Part shown: positions 26,525 through 41,359 of the stretch, one piece after another
How positions within the stretch are numbered: the stretch's first letter is position 1
Layout of the letters: every line of letters begins with the position of its first letter
Origin: Octopus bimaculoides
Lineage: Eukaryota
Length of the DNA stretch: 43,608 nucleotides
Assembly: GCF_001194135.2 (NCBI RefSeq)
Contig: NC_068990.1
Span: forward strand, 8,321,271-8,364,878
Reading direction: 5' to 3'
Notes under the pieces: generated by a model
What the model was told of the DNA's origin: nothing
Seen by the model: the letters and a program-made list of their open reading frames with translations, nothing else
Database searches by the model: none
Position numbers and translations under genes: made by a program

Positions 26525-26822
26525 ACCATTGACTCACCCGTCGTTAGACATATGAGGAGTCGACAATTCCTTGCCGAACAACCACACAGATGATTTGTTT
26601 ATAGTGATCAAATGTTTCTGTTCACATAAGCTCACTCCCTCAATCAACTCGACATTACCTGTACAGGTGCATCATGTACCACGTGCCAGATGACGAAATG
26701 ATCGCAGAGCAACGTGAAATGAAATACTTTGCTCAAGACCACAACGCAACACCCAATCTGGGAATCTAATCCTCGAACTCACAATCGTGAGTTCAACACC
26801 CTGACCAGTAAGCCATATGCCT
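26525..26822 (-). mobile_element. SINE family C
   Basis: Minus strand reads ggcatatggcttactggtcagggtgttgaactcacgattgtgagttcgagg...ttgagcaaagtatttcatttcacgttgctc (A/B-box-like head). Confidence 0.7.
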
Positions 26823-26849
26823 AAATGTGCGTGCACTCGTACGCATGTG

Positions 26850-28660
26850 TGTACAATGGTCTCGTTGAAGTTATGATTTGGCTAAACATTAAAATTAGTG
26901 TTGTGAAATTTTGTGATTAAGAATTTCATTTCGATGTCTGACACTTGTCTATATGCAACAGAGAAAATAGTAAGACGAGTTGTATCTTCTCTTACGTCAA
27001 TTTCCTATTATGTTTTGAAAATGTTGCTTGGCATGGAGCTGCTTTCGACCTTGGCTCTTAGTGTATTCAAGAAGATTATAAACAGTTTAAATAAAAAAAA
27101 GTTCAACGGAATCTTATTACGAGAGATTGCGATGCTTAGTTTTCTGTTGTGGCTAAGCCGTCATATCCCACGATCTATTTTTATTTTTAACCATCAAAGA
27201 ATGATACAAGAATCTAGGTGAGTATGTTTTTTTTTTTTTTTCGGTTTTCATTTCCGAAAATCTTTCTGACGAAAGAAAAGAGAAAATTATTGTAATTACA
27301 ACTTTTCGCTAGAGGCAAATTTTATTAGTGATATCGATATATATTTCAATGGCAATTTCCATACTAAATCTAAAGGAAGTGTTTAATAATATTTGATGTG
27401 TATAGAAATTATCATGAAAAACTATTATGTTTTAAGTAGTTGCGTGCGTTAGCAACATGATCGAAGCCGTATCACGCTTCTGATTATTATGTTACGAAGA
27501 TATATTTTCAATTTTTGAGTGTCCGATGGAAATAAATAAAAGTAATGAATAGTGATAGTCTAAGAATACTTAGGTATCTAATTGTACTGAATTAAAATAA
27601 GGATTTTCCAGACTATCTCTGTGTGAAAATGGAATAACTGACAGATGGTTTATCTTTGTTTGATGTGTGCTTGTTGGTTTGGTACACAATGGAAAGAAAC
27701 CTTTAATTTTGCGCTTACAACAAGTTCTATTGATTCGAGGAAGGAATAGAAGTGGATTGAGCAACGAGAAATATTCATTGTCATATTTCTTTCAATTACA
27801 CTCTTGTCTTAAGCCTCCTTTACGTGCTTTTGTATGATAATGCACAGATATACCATTCCCTAGTAATGACTGAACTGACCGCAAATGAGTTCTGACACAA
27901 CAATACCCCTGAAAATTAAATTTACAGTGGAGAATCAACTGAAGTATTTTTCTAAGTTATAATATTATTAGTCACTTAGGTTTGCGAGGAATATTCCAGC
28001 GAAGACGAGTAGAGTCTTAAATGTAACACGAGTGACCTGCCATCTGTAAATCTGGCAATTGTCGGTTATAGTAGCAAAGTGAAGGACGCATGACATATAT
28101 CTTTCAAGTGCTCTCCAATATTTATACAATTGCGAATTATCTTTATCATTCAAAATGATTATAATCCGTAAAAAGAAAATATTTCTTACGAGTAACAAAA
28201 TTATTAAGAAATATTTTCGCTTAATGCAAGTCGCTGAAGAAACATACAATTGAATTAAATCTTCTTTTGAAAACTGAAAGCTTTTGTGCATCATGTACTT
28301 GAAGCAGAGTATAAAAGTAATTTCAGATTATATGGCACAGCATGGAACTTAACAAAAACAACTTCTATTGTATCTCCTAAAGCTATAATCTCTTAAGAAA
28401 CTCATTAATGATTGCAATAATGATTGTTTAACATAATAGAGAAAGACAACGATGTATGTGTTTACACTTCTGTTGATAATATTTGTAGATATGATGAATT
28501 ATGTTTTGTTAGTTTGATTGAAATCCACAACAGAAAGAACTCAACAAAACTATTGATTCCAGTAATTTACAGGTTTTAAATTTCGTCGAAGAAAAGAAAT
28601 ATAACTCGTGAAAGATATACTGGGTTCAAATCAACAAATATATATAGAAAGACACAGCTA
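26850..28660 (+). pseudogene. Decayed LRR ectodomain fragment (copy 8), 3' part missing at a LINE remnant
   Basis: ORF 26913-27221 contains LSTLALS..KIINSLNKKKFNGILLREIAM. Also SLRIL (~27557), KIFLTSNKI (28176-28202) and SNLQVLNF (28561-28584). No LRR-CT or TIR seen before the LINE remnant at ~28750. Confidence 0.5.
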
Positions 28661-28980
28661 GACATTTTGCTTACCGTTTTGTTTTGTGACCCTCCCCCCC
28701 ACATACAGACACTCTGTTATGGTAAGTTATCTGCTATTTCCATAATATAAATCAAATCGAGAGTTTATGTTATTGACATCTAAAAGATGTTTCTTCATTC
28801 ACCTTTGGTGAGTGTAACAGGAAGAATTAATGTCATTGGATTCACATATCATTGGATTTTTCGAATCTAAGCCATAAAATACTCTCGTTTGCGAGCCAAA
28901 TAATTACTCATCACCTCTTCCAAACTTCCATCTTAATTTCTTTCTCATGTCAATTAGCAGGAAGGAGCTTTATCTACTGC

Positions 28981-29378
28981 ACACAACTACCTTTCTTCGC
29001 ACAACACACTTTCCATGCAAAACCACCTTTCTGCGCACAACCAACTTTCTGCGCGCAACCACCTTTCTGTGCACAACTACTTTTATTTCTTTACTGCCCA
29101 CAAGGGGCTACATAGAGGGGAGAAACAAGGACAGACAAACGGGTTAAGTCGATTATATCGCCCCCCCCCCCAGTGCGTAACTGGTACTTATTTAATCGAC
29201 CCCGAAAGGATGCAAGGCAAAGTTGACCTCACTGGAATTTGAACTCAGAACGTAGCGGCAGACGAAATACCGTTAAGTATTTCGTCCGGCGTGCTAACGT
29301 TTCTGGTAGCTCGCCGCCTTTCTACCTTTCTACCAGCTCGCCGCACAACTACCTTTCTGCGCACAACCATCTTTCCTT
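28981..29378. repeat. 18-bp minisatellite (consensus gcacaaccacctttctgc), 6 + 2 units split by a SINE
   Basis: Six units at 28981-29088 and two at 29343-29378. Confidence 0.85.
29095..29320 (-). mobile_element. SINE family A inserted in an 18-bp minisatellite
   Basis: atcgaccccgaaaggatgcaaggcaaagttgacc...gaactcagaacgtagcggcagacgaaatacc...gctcgccgcctt. Confidence 0.9.
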
Positions 29379-30199
29379 TCTTCCTTCTTATTTCAATGGC
29401 TGTAAGCTGCCAACCATAATTTTTAATAGTTATGACTATCATAATTTCTCCCTGCAATCCCGCAGACGTTTCTGTTAATTAACGTTTTCTTTCAAGCCTT
29501 GATTGCACTCTTCTCTCCTCACGATGAATGCTAGGGAACGACTATTTCCTTGGCTTAATTTTTCAGGCCACAAAATTTCATCTGATCACAAGGCTGAGGA
29601 AGTTGCAACTTTTCCCCGAAGTCAATTTTCATATCCCATAATTGCATCCAAGGAAGTAGACTACTTGTCCTTTTTACTATCTTCACTGGATTCTCTCCGT
29701 TCTTATTGAACTTGATTGCTGGTGTTATGTTCTCCAGCTGTTCATGTTTCTTGAGTGCTTATTGCTCCAGAGTGCGAATGAGTATAGCAAACAATTTGTC
29801 GTATCGACACTCGTATCTCGTTCGACTAAGTGATGTTCTCCAGGGTGACAATTTCCATAAAGTGTACAGAGGTTATCCACTTTGATTTTCCATCTGTGCA
29901 GGTTTGTTGGCTTAAGGACGTACCGTACCCGCGCGCAGCAGAATGGAGATGCGGAAAGTCTCCAATCTCCAGAGGTCTGTTATATGACATCCCTCTGGGC
30001 AGGTCCGACTTAGAGAATGCATTGCCTTTATCCTTCTCTTGTTTAATTAAATCGCATGATTGAAAATTTGTCAGTTCAGTTTCCATAGTATATTATAAAC
30101 TGACATTTAATTCGCATAAAGAAACGCGAGAGGTGTATGACTGTGAAATATGTCTTAATTTCATTATGTCAGAGATAAATTTTGATAAATTTAATAAAG

Positions 30200-30772
30200 T
30201 CAATTATTTGGATGCACTTTCACCACCGTCTATGGGTCGCTGTCATGTGTTTTGGGAGTAGGCAGATCCAACACAACGAGATTGTAGGGCGTGATATGTT
30301 CAATAATGTGTATGCCCTCCTTGGGTGTTCAAAACGGTCATACACCAACAGTACATGGAGTGTATAAGGCGGTTCACAAAAGCCATCGGCACCTGTGCTC
30401 ACACTTTGAGGAAAAACTCTCCAGTTCCACACGAGTTGTCGGCCTTGAGACTGCCTGGTTCAGCCGTCTCTGGATTTCATTCCACAGGTGTTCAACTGGG
30501 CTCAGAGCCGGCCACGGCATGGTTTTGATGTTGTATTGACGCAAGAAGTCGATAGTGACCCTGGCCGTGTGGGAGGAAGCATTGTCCTGCTGGAACACGT
30601 GGCTATGGTGACGCGCTTAAAAGTGCATGATGTGAGGTCATAAGATCTGTTCAATGTAGCGCTGCGCTGTGATGCTATTCGCTCTGGCTGCACCGACATT
30701 TTGGAACACAAGGGTCCCAATTCTCTGATTCAGGCTTATAGCACCCCAAACCGTGATGCTTTGGCCACCGCA

Positions 30773-30866
<94 letters not shown>

Positions 30867-31270
30867 ACACATGTGTCTCTGTAGCGTTCCCTCCTCCTAC
30901 GCCGCACCCTTACTCTGCCATCCGAGGTGGAAACGCAGCACCGGCTCTCGTCAGAGAAGACTATTGACCTCCGTTCTTGATGCCGCCAATGTCGGTGCTG
31001 TGTAGCCCACTGTAGTCATGCATGACGGTGGCGGGCAGTGAAGACAGGGCCTCGAGTAGGACAACGGCAACGCAGGTTGTTGGCAGCCAGTCGACGTCGT
31101 ACCGTGTCGTAGCTGATCAGTCACGGTCCAGTGCCAGTAGTCTCGCGAGCTGTCACGCTGTCAGGTCTGAAGCGATCCCGGAGGTGTTGCAGGTGGCTGA
31201 GCGGTCCTGCCTGAGTGTGGTCATCCGGGGTCGCTGACGGATAAATATGACACATTGATGGATATGGTGC
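30200..31270 (-). mobile_element. Tc1-like DNA transposon with disrupted DD34E transposase
   Basis: Minus strand reads ISYDTVRRRL..., IVFSDESR, VRVWRRRRERY, GGQSITVWGAIS, FQQDNASSHTARVT, WPALSP-VEHLW. It carries stops, lacks DLNP before the third acidic residue, and has a (GA)n insertion. TIRs not identified. Confidence 0.92.
30776..30862. repeat. (TC)n/(GA)n microsatellite inside the Tc1 transposase
   Basis: Direct reading. Confidence 0.95.
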
Positions 31271-31449
31271 ATCATGCATAGCAGTTGCACCATGTATATA
31301 GGTGACATACATGAATGTAGTATGCTATATGATTCATATCGAAACTAAGATACAATTATCTGCGGTGCGATACAATACTTTCTGCAGACATTGTCTTATC
31401 GAAAACCGCTTAAATTCAACATGATTTGAATGACCGCAGAAATTTGTTG

Positions 31450-32544
31450 CAAGATGTAAGTACCTAACCATTTAAAGTAATTAATATCTATATATTTCAG
31501 GTAATTTATATCTAAAGTTTTCAACTAATTATTGTCTAATTATTTCATATCATTAATATTCATACATTTTAGTGAATTAGTCATTCAGTATACCAACTGG
31601 GAAGGGAATACTGGCGTTACTCACTAATTAAGATAGGAACATTCTTATTCTAAATTTAATATTTAGGCGCCAATGTGAAAACAAGGATTATTCTCAAATA
31701 AGTGACTGAGTAAATTACTAGTCTTATTATGAATTCATAATTCTAGAAATTCAAGCCATGTTTCTAAATATTTCCTTGAATGCAATAGAATGGTCCCTGT
31801 AATTAATAAAAGGCTTTGAGGGCTAAACACATATATAATTTACAATAAACATCTCACTAAATATGTAACCCTAAAAAACTGCATTATATTGTATACTCCT
31901 CTCCACAATGATATCGGAAGAGAAAGTAGACAAACGTTAGAATATACAAATGTATTGTGAGAAATGTCTTTAGGTTTCAATGTCCATTGAATGATATGAA
32001 AAATAAAATGAATAATTAAATGTGCATTAAGAAGATAAATATTGTAACATAATTAGTACCAACAAAATACGAATATTTAGCTTTGAAAAAAGTCTGAAAC
32101 AATTTAAGCATTGCGTATGTAGAGTGACTGTAAATATTCGTAATACCTTTAACGACTATACAGAAGTTCAAGCCCAAATGAACGCACACAGGCATACATA
32201 AACATATATGTAAATGTAAGTATAATAAGCCAGCTATTCTACTACAGTATAGACAGCAAAACTATTTTCAATCATTGTAAATATGAGCTACTCGGCATAT
32301 GTGAATATATCGTCTAAGAACTAAGGTAACATATTTAAGGTGCATTAATGATAAATTTGTATCGATTCTATCTCGGCTATAGGCTTGTATTTCCATCTGT
32401 AATCACAAATGCGTAGGAGTACGTGAAAAGATATTTGCATCACATTCTAGAAAAGCTGCCGTTCTTTAAGAAAGAGGAAAGAAGCCGTTTCTATGAAATA
32501 TAATTTTTGAACGGTACACACACGCTTACACATGCATGCATACG

Positions 32545-32583
<39 letters not shown>

Positions 32584-34050
32584 AGATGGAGACAGATCGA
32601 GATCCAATGATTACTAATTCACAAAAACTAAAATAAAATAACAAGTGGGGAAATTTATCTGTTGGTGACATTGTAATTTTATTTTAGTTGAATATTTTGC
32701 GCTATTCATTGAGGAAAGAACCTGGCAAATTTTCTCTGCAAATTGGTCAACAAATTGTTCAAAAACACATGTCAGGATCCCTCCTCTTATTATATTAGAG
32801 AGTGAAGGTTATCACGATTATGGTTAGCATCTTATAGGAATACAAACCACTTAAAAGAAAGACATGTATATCCTTGATTTAGTCTGCAGTATGTTTTGTT
32901 AAAACGAAACGAGTCCAATAAAACATTAATACATAAAAAAATATACAACATGCCGTAATTCAGCTAACCTGGTTACTAACTCACATTTATACAGATGGCT
33001 ATTCGTTCTTCTTGATAAATGTCTAGATGACAATATGGAGAATGTTGGATTTTTCTGGCAAACATGTGGCGAGTTAGCATGTATATTACAAATAAAATCA
33101 CTAAGCGCAGCAGTGTATAAATGCAACTATTTTCTAAATGTCAGCAAGCAAATTCTTCCTCATTACTACAGTACGCCATTTTAAAAAATAGCATATATAT
33201 ATTAGATTATGGATTCCTAATTTCTCTGAAAACACTCGACTGTATTCTGTTATAGTTTCCATTGAAGAACAACAAATTCTGATTCACATACTTCTCGAAT
33301 ATATGTTTATTATCTTATAGACAAAAAATGAGTGAAGAAAGTGAAGAAAGTGAAAAATCATTAAAATATTTACTATGACATTCAACAGGCAACAAAAGAA
33401 CATAAATGTTTTCAAGCGTAACGAAATTCATTTGTCAGTGAAATAGAAAAAGAAAAAAAATGGATGAATTTATCTTATCAATCAAGGCGTAAATGTAAAA
33501 GTCTGATGTATAAGTAGATTCTCATTATGACAGAAAGAATCCGTTATAAGTTTAAAAAAACACGGCATTGCCATTATAAGTATGTTATTGATAATGGACG
33601 TCTGAACGATTTTACATTGAATGCGTAGAAAAAATAAGCCAATGCACAAATAACTAATCGTGGAAAAATTTATAGAATTGACAGTTCTAGATTAGGTAAA
33701 ATATGTGATAAATATTACGATAAAGTGTGGGGAATATAACAGCTCCGAACGTCCAAAGTACACAAGACGCGTTACACTCTTATTTCGTTTTCTACATCGT
33801 TCAGTGTTTAGGATAATACTCCTTCAAAACAGTAAGTTTCCTAATATCAAGTATCAAGCGAAGAATCAATAAGTAACTAATCACTCCGCCTCGATCGTTT
33901 TCCACCTCTATGCAGTGTACAGCCCATAGATATATATCATTAACAATATTTGAATATAGGTTTCATAATTTCAAAAAGTTATCAAAATAAAACTTCCTAA
34001 TTAAATTGATAAGTCAACAGAATATAAAACATGGGCTTATTTTAATTAGT
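31450..34050 (+). pseudogene. Decayed TLR pseudogene (copy 9)
   Basis: Frame 31764-31862 reads LNISLNAIEWSL*LIKGFEG*THI*FTINISLN (two LRR starts 27 codons apart). Also RMLDFSGK (33039-33062) and SLKTLD (~33223). LRR-CT-like KSLKYLL*HSTGNK..C (33355-33410). Weak TIR box1-like DALHSY (~33766). Confidence 0.62.
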
Positions 34051-34199
34051 AGCATAGAATCGATATTATATGTCTAAGGAATGCTAAGTTTAATGTGAAT
34101 GTTGCTTCCTAAAGTAATACTGATGAACATGGGTATAAAGAGCATCGTATGAAAATCGAAACTATTTTGCAATTTTGATTCACAGTGTGTGCTATTGTT

Positions 34200-35530
34200 A
34201 CTTATGTCTCTATTTTTATATAGAGAGAGGCCACCCGGACTCGCGCCTCCGTCGGGAGTTGGAATTATTTTCTTACTCCATTCCTCAGTCATTACACGGT
34301 CTTCATTCTTCACTTCTCTTCATCTAAATCCCACCCCACAGATATTTACACACAAAGCTCCCTACAACTTCCACTAACTTTCCTGAAACACACACCAGCA
34401 AACACATTTTCATTTACTCACAGACCACACACCCAAGTAAAGTACCATATTTATCATCACGCATCCACACCTCACAAGCCTTACCTCCTGCCAACACTAT
34501 TCCACCTCATATCTCCCTCCACGTCGACCCACATACATCTCTCTACAACGGCCACCCACATCATATAGCCTGACACTAAAGCGTCCTTCTACACATACAC
34601 ATACGAAAAATAGAGAATATACAAACACACATAACATCTCCATACACACACACTTTATCCCTCATCCCCATATCCACATACCAACTGATCAGAAGGCTAC
34701 ACACACTTACATTCGTACGGACACATAAACACACACAATATGTATGTATAAACACACATAATACATACGTCGCACAAAAAGGGTCACACACTTTATGCAC
34801 AAAAACTCATGCACGCATACGTCTAACACACAAATACACCTAAAATGGATACATGCACTTACAGGCCCGCCCGCCCGCCNNNNNNNNNNNNCCGCACTCA
34901 TGCTACTAGTACAAAACATACAAGCACATAGCTGCTACACACATGTCTTTGCACACACACCTACACCTACACTCACATACACACATCTAACAGTCTCACA
35001 CCTGCATACATTAAACAAACAGCGTCACACACTCTCACACATGTCTACACACATGCACACATAAATACACAGAACACACCTGCACAAATTGCTCCATACT
35101 CGCATACGTACTTGTCTAATCACACACATACACATACACGCATATACATGCACGCTCACATATCTACACACACACGCTCACATAATTCTCATGCACACAC
35201 ACGTGCTTGCCTACACACGCACACACACGCACACATAAACGCGCATCGCCTATACACATACATACGCACGCACATATCATCCTCACATATACACATAACC
35301 TTGCGCTTACATTCTTCAATCAGGTTACTGTTGTCTCCCTTGCCAGCCTTGCTATCAACCAATTCTTTCCTTCCGGCCAATTCAACTGTTAATCTAGAAT
35401 TTGTTGTCTCTCTATTTTTCCTGCGTATGTTCTAACGTCGAAGTGTCTTCCACTTTTACTGAGCGTCAAGCTAATACACCTACTCGTTGTTCCCTTAGTT
35501 GTCTCTATCTTTTGGTTTTGATTAAATGTG
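34200..35530. mobile_element. AC-rich low-complexity interspersed element, possibly Penelope-LTR-like
   Basis: Long degenerate CA-rich body followed by a complex tail ...ctgagcgtcaagctaatacacc...gtctctatcttttggttttg ending in (TA)n. The family assignment is from memory of octopus repeats only. Confidence 0.35.
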
Positions 35531-35652
35531 AAACAAATATATATATATATANNNNNNNNNNNNNNNNNNNNNNNNNNNNNCACCCCTGTTCTCTCTCTGT
35601 CTCTCTCTTTCCATTTCTCTTTCTGTCTCTCCCACTCTCTCTCTCTCTTCCA

Positions 35653-38400
<2,748 letters not shown>

Positions 38401-39171
38401 ATATGAGAACTGAAAACCAAATATATGATAACAAATCTAATTTTAATTCACCTACTAAAGTCATTAGTCTTTATATCTTCTATTCCTGTGCACTTTCTAG
38501 CTATATACTCCTTCTGCGTATTCTCTGTATATTCTTTACGTTATTTTTTGTCAAAATTAGTTTGACAAGATCGGAAGATCGGTACATTCAGCAGTTTGCC
38601 ACAACTAGCAACGGTCGCACACTATTTGCATCATGCTTCTGTTTGACACACAAACAAGTAATATTCGCGCGCGCGCACACATATATACACACACAAGACG
38701 CGCACACGCACACACATTTATGCGCGCATGTATGCTCACAAAACAACGCACACACACACACACATTCATCCGTACACATATTAAATCTGAATACTAATTG
38801 TTCCGTATGTTCACGCAAAAATGCATGCGTGCAAAGGAAGATATACTAATAGACACAGGAATCTGAATGCACTTACAAATTCACTTTAATAATATTATCT
38901 ACACACATACATATACACGTGCATGCACACAAACACGCACATGCGCACACGCACGCTTACACACCAGAGACGCAGGAAACAGCAAACAGAGAGCGCATAC
39001 ACGGATCGTCGAACATGACAACTCTTTCAAATGCACCTCGATAACTTCCGACTGTTCTCGCGATTTTTTAAATCATTTATGTATTCACTCTTCTCGTTTG
39101 TTAGCTAACTTTCACGTCGCTTACAACCATCTTTACGCTAAAACAATCTCTACCTTTCTCTTTCTCTCCCT

Positions 39172-39205
<34 letters not shown>

Positions 39206-39211
<6 letters not shown>

Positions 39212-39304
39212 ATGTGTCTATTTGTGTGTGAGTTTGCGTGCCAGTCCACCCGTGTGCTTGCGTATGTATGTATGTAAGTATATATATGTATGTATGTATG
39301 TATG

Positions 39305-39337
<33 letters not shown>

Positions 39338-39609
39338 ACGTATATATGTATATAAGTATGTAAGAATATATGNNNNNNNNNNNNNNNNNNNNNNNNNNNN
39401 NNNNNNNNNNNNNNNNNNNNNNNNNNNNNNNNNNNNNNNNNNNNNNNNNNNNNNNNNNNNNNNNNNNNNNNNNNNNNNNNNNNNNNNNNNNNNNNNNNNN
39501 NNNNNNNNNNNNNNNNNNNNNNNNNNNNNNNNNNNNNNNNNNNNNNNNNNNNNNNNNNNNNNNNNNNNNNNNNNNNNNNNNNNNNNNNNNNNNNNNNNNN
39601 NNNNTATAC

Positions 39610-39640
<31 letters not shown>

Positions 39641-39771
39641 CATATATACTTACATACTTATATACATATATACGTATACATACATACATACATATATACC
39701 TACATACATACATACGCAAGTACACGGGTGGACTGGCACGCAAACTCACACACATATAGACACATCTCAGA
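39206..39771. repeat. ~165-bp inverted duplication flanking an assembly gap
   Basis: 39206-39372 is the reverse complement of ~39640-39771 plus microsatellite (tgtgtctatWtgtgtgtgagtttgcgtgccagtccacccgtgtRcttgcgtatg...), with about 5 substitutions and repeat-length differences. The ORF track gives MCVSLRASPPV on both strands. Confidence 0.9.
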
Positions 39772-40049
39772 CAGACGAACGCCGCCTCTGTAACGGACTA
39801 AGAGAAAAGTCATTGAAAAGGTTGCATATAGAAACGAAAGAGCTTTTACCAAAAAAAAAATCGACTTACTGTCTAACCAAGTTATACAAACAATCGATTA
39901 GTTAGTTGTATATTTAACCAATTGTCTAATAATAAAGGACCGGAATTGAAACAGCGCGCGTGTTAATAATATTGGCATAATGACTCTCCCAAGACACAAC
40001 AATACACACACACACATCAATAACATCAACAATTTGAAAGCTTTCAGTC

Positions 40050-41350
40050 ATGACATTGTATCCGAGATTTTTGTCTTTGCTTCGTTTTTTTTTCTTCTTT
40101 TATTCAAGAACTGAACTGTTTTGCTTGATCGCGTTTTCAAAACTGTGTGGTCAGACGTGAGCGAAGGAAACGGAGTCAAGTACCCACAAAACAGATCTGG
40201 TTTTCTGTCGTCAGATAAGTGCCCCTAAGATTATACTACTCACCTGTACAAACATCTTAACAATCCTTCATATGAAGTTTTTCTATCATCCTCTATTTAT
40301 TTGCACTGTAACGACGCCGATATCAACATTGCCATCGTCATATCTTTACAAGTGGATATTCGTTTATAACGATGTTTAGTTGTATAATCATAGTTTATAT
40401 GATTATAGAATTTTGCGTCGTATAATGGCAAATATTAGTCTATTGTATATTGTTTTGTACTCTAGGCACAAGGCCCGAAATTTCGGGGGAGGGGACCAGT
40501 CGATTAGATCAATCCCAGTACGCAACTGGTACTTAATTTATCGACCCCGAAAGGATGACAGGTAAAGTCGACCTCGGGGGAATTCGAACTCAGAACATAA
40601 AGACAGACGAAATACTGCTAAGCATTCCGCCCGGTGTGCTAACGTTTCTGCCAACTTGTCGCCTTAGTTTATTGTATATCGTCATATGTTTATTTCGAAT
40701 AAATTTCCTTATATTTATGTAGGCTGTAGATAATTAGAATATGCGATTCAATCCGTGTTGAAACAATAGAAAATGCTGTGTAATTGGTATTTCTTTAAAT
40801 TTAAAAAGTGAAAACAATTCCTTGCGTTAATGACTACCATTACTTCGGTTTCAACTGTTTGTTTTCTTATTCTCTTCCTTAATGCCATAATTTCCATGTA
40901 GAAGATGTTGCTATTCATATTACATATCAATAAGAATATACAAACATGTAATATATGATTATATGTACACTAAATTGTATCATTTAAGCATATATTTTCT
41001 AAATGTCTTTTTTCCGAAATCTATATCATGTATGTATGTATTTTTCTGAAATATATTCCTCCGGAACTATTCATCTCTTATTACATTAATTATGTTAATT
41101 GACATCGTAATGTCCACTTCAGTTTAAATTTCAATATGATATAATTGAATTCAGATGAAATAAATGAAGCTTGACAAGTTAACTCATGAATATGACTTGT
41201 CACAAAAGTATACTTTAGATACTTGTCTGCTTTTAGGTAGATTCGTCTTTAAAATTTTGGAAATGCATTATCATTGCTGTTATTTCAAATATATTTTACA
41301 AAATAAATTTCACTGTCTTATTTAATTTGATTTCTTGGTCTAATAAAGAC
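40050..41350 (+). pseudogene. Decayed LRR ectodomain fragment (copy 11), truncated by a LINE
   Basis: LRR-NT-like C....SQVP (~40142-40185) and ISTLPSS (40320-40340). LDKLTHEYDLSQ (41170-41205) and FKILEMHY (41248-41271) lie in one frame 26 codons apart. Confidence 0.5.
40452..40665 (-). mobile_element. SINE family A, near full length
   Basis: tctaggcacaaggcccgaaatttcggggga...atcgaccccgaaaggatga...gtcgacctcgg...cttgtcgcctt. Confidence 0.9.
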
Positions 41351-41359
41351 ACGGTCTAA

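Larger units (their letters stand above)
28750..30090 (-). mobile_element. L2/CR1-like LINE remnant (putative ORF1 and 5' end of the APE endonuclease)
   Basis: Minus strand reads TET..I.I.NY...RRKKG (ORF 29245-29457), KGSCVQ*IK (cf. KGGGVaiYIK) and ESILWLRF (~28890). The upstream 29550-30090 region is unassigned, possibly ORF1. Confidence 0.5.

Noticed and set aside
34120-34162. CTGATGA...CGAAAC hammerhead ribozyme core
   Set aside because: Stem II does not pair (A opposite C at its base), and no stem III or cleavage triplet could be built. At most a degenerate relic.
38403-38849. 148-aa plus-strand ORF
   Set aside because: Its second half is CA-repeat translation and its first half has only low-specificity hydrophobic or LRR-like words.
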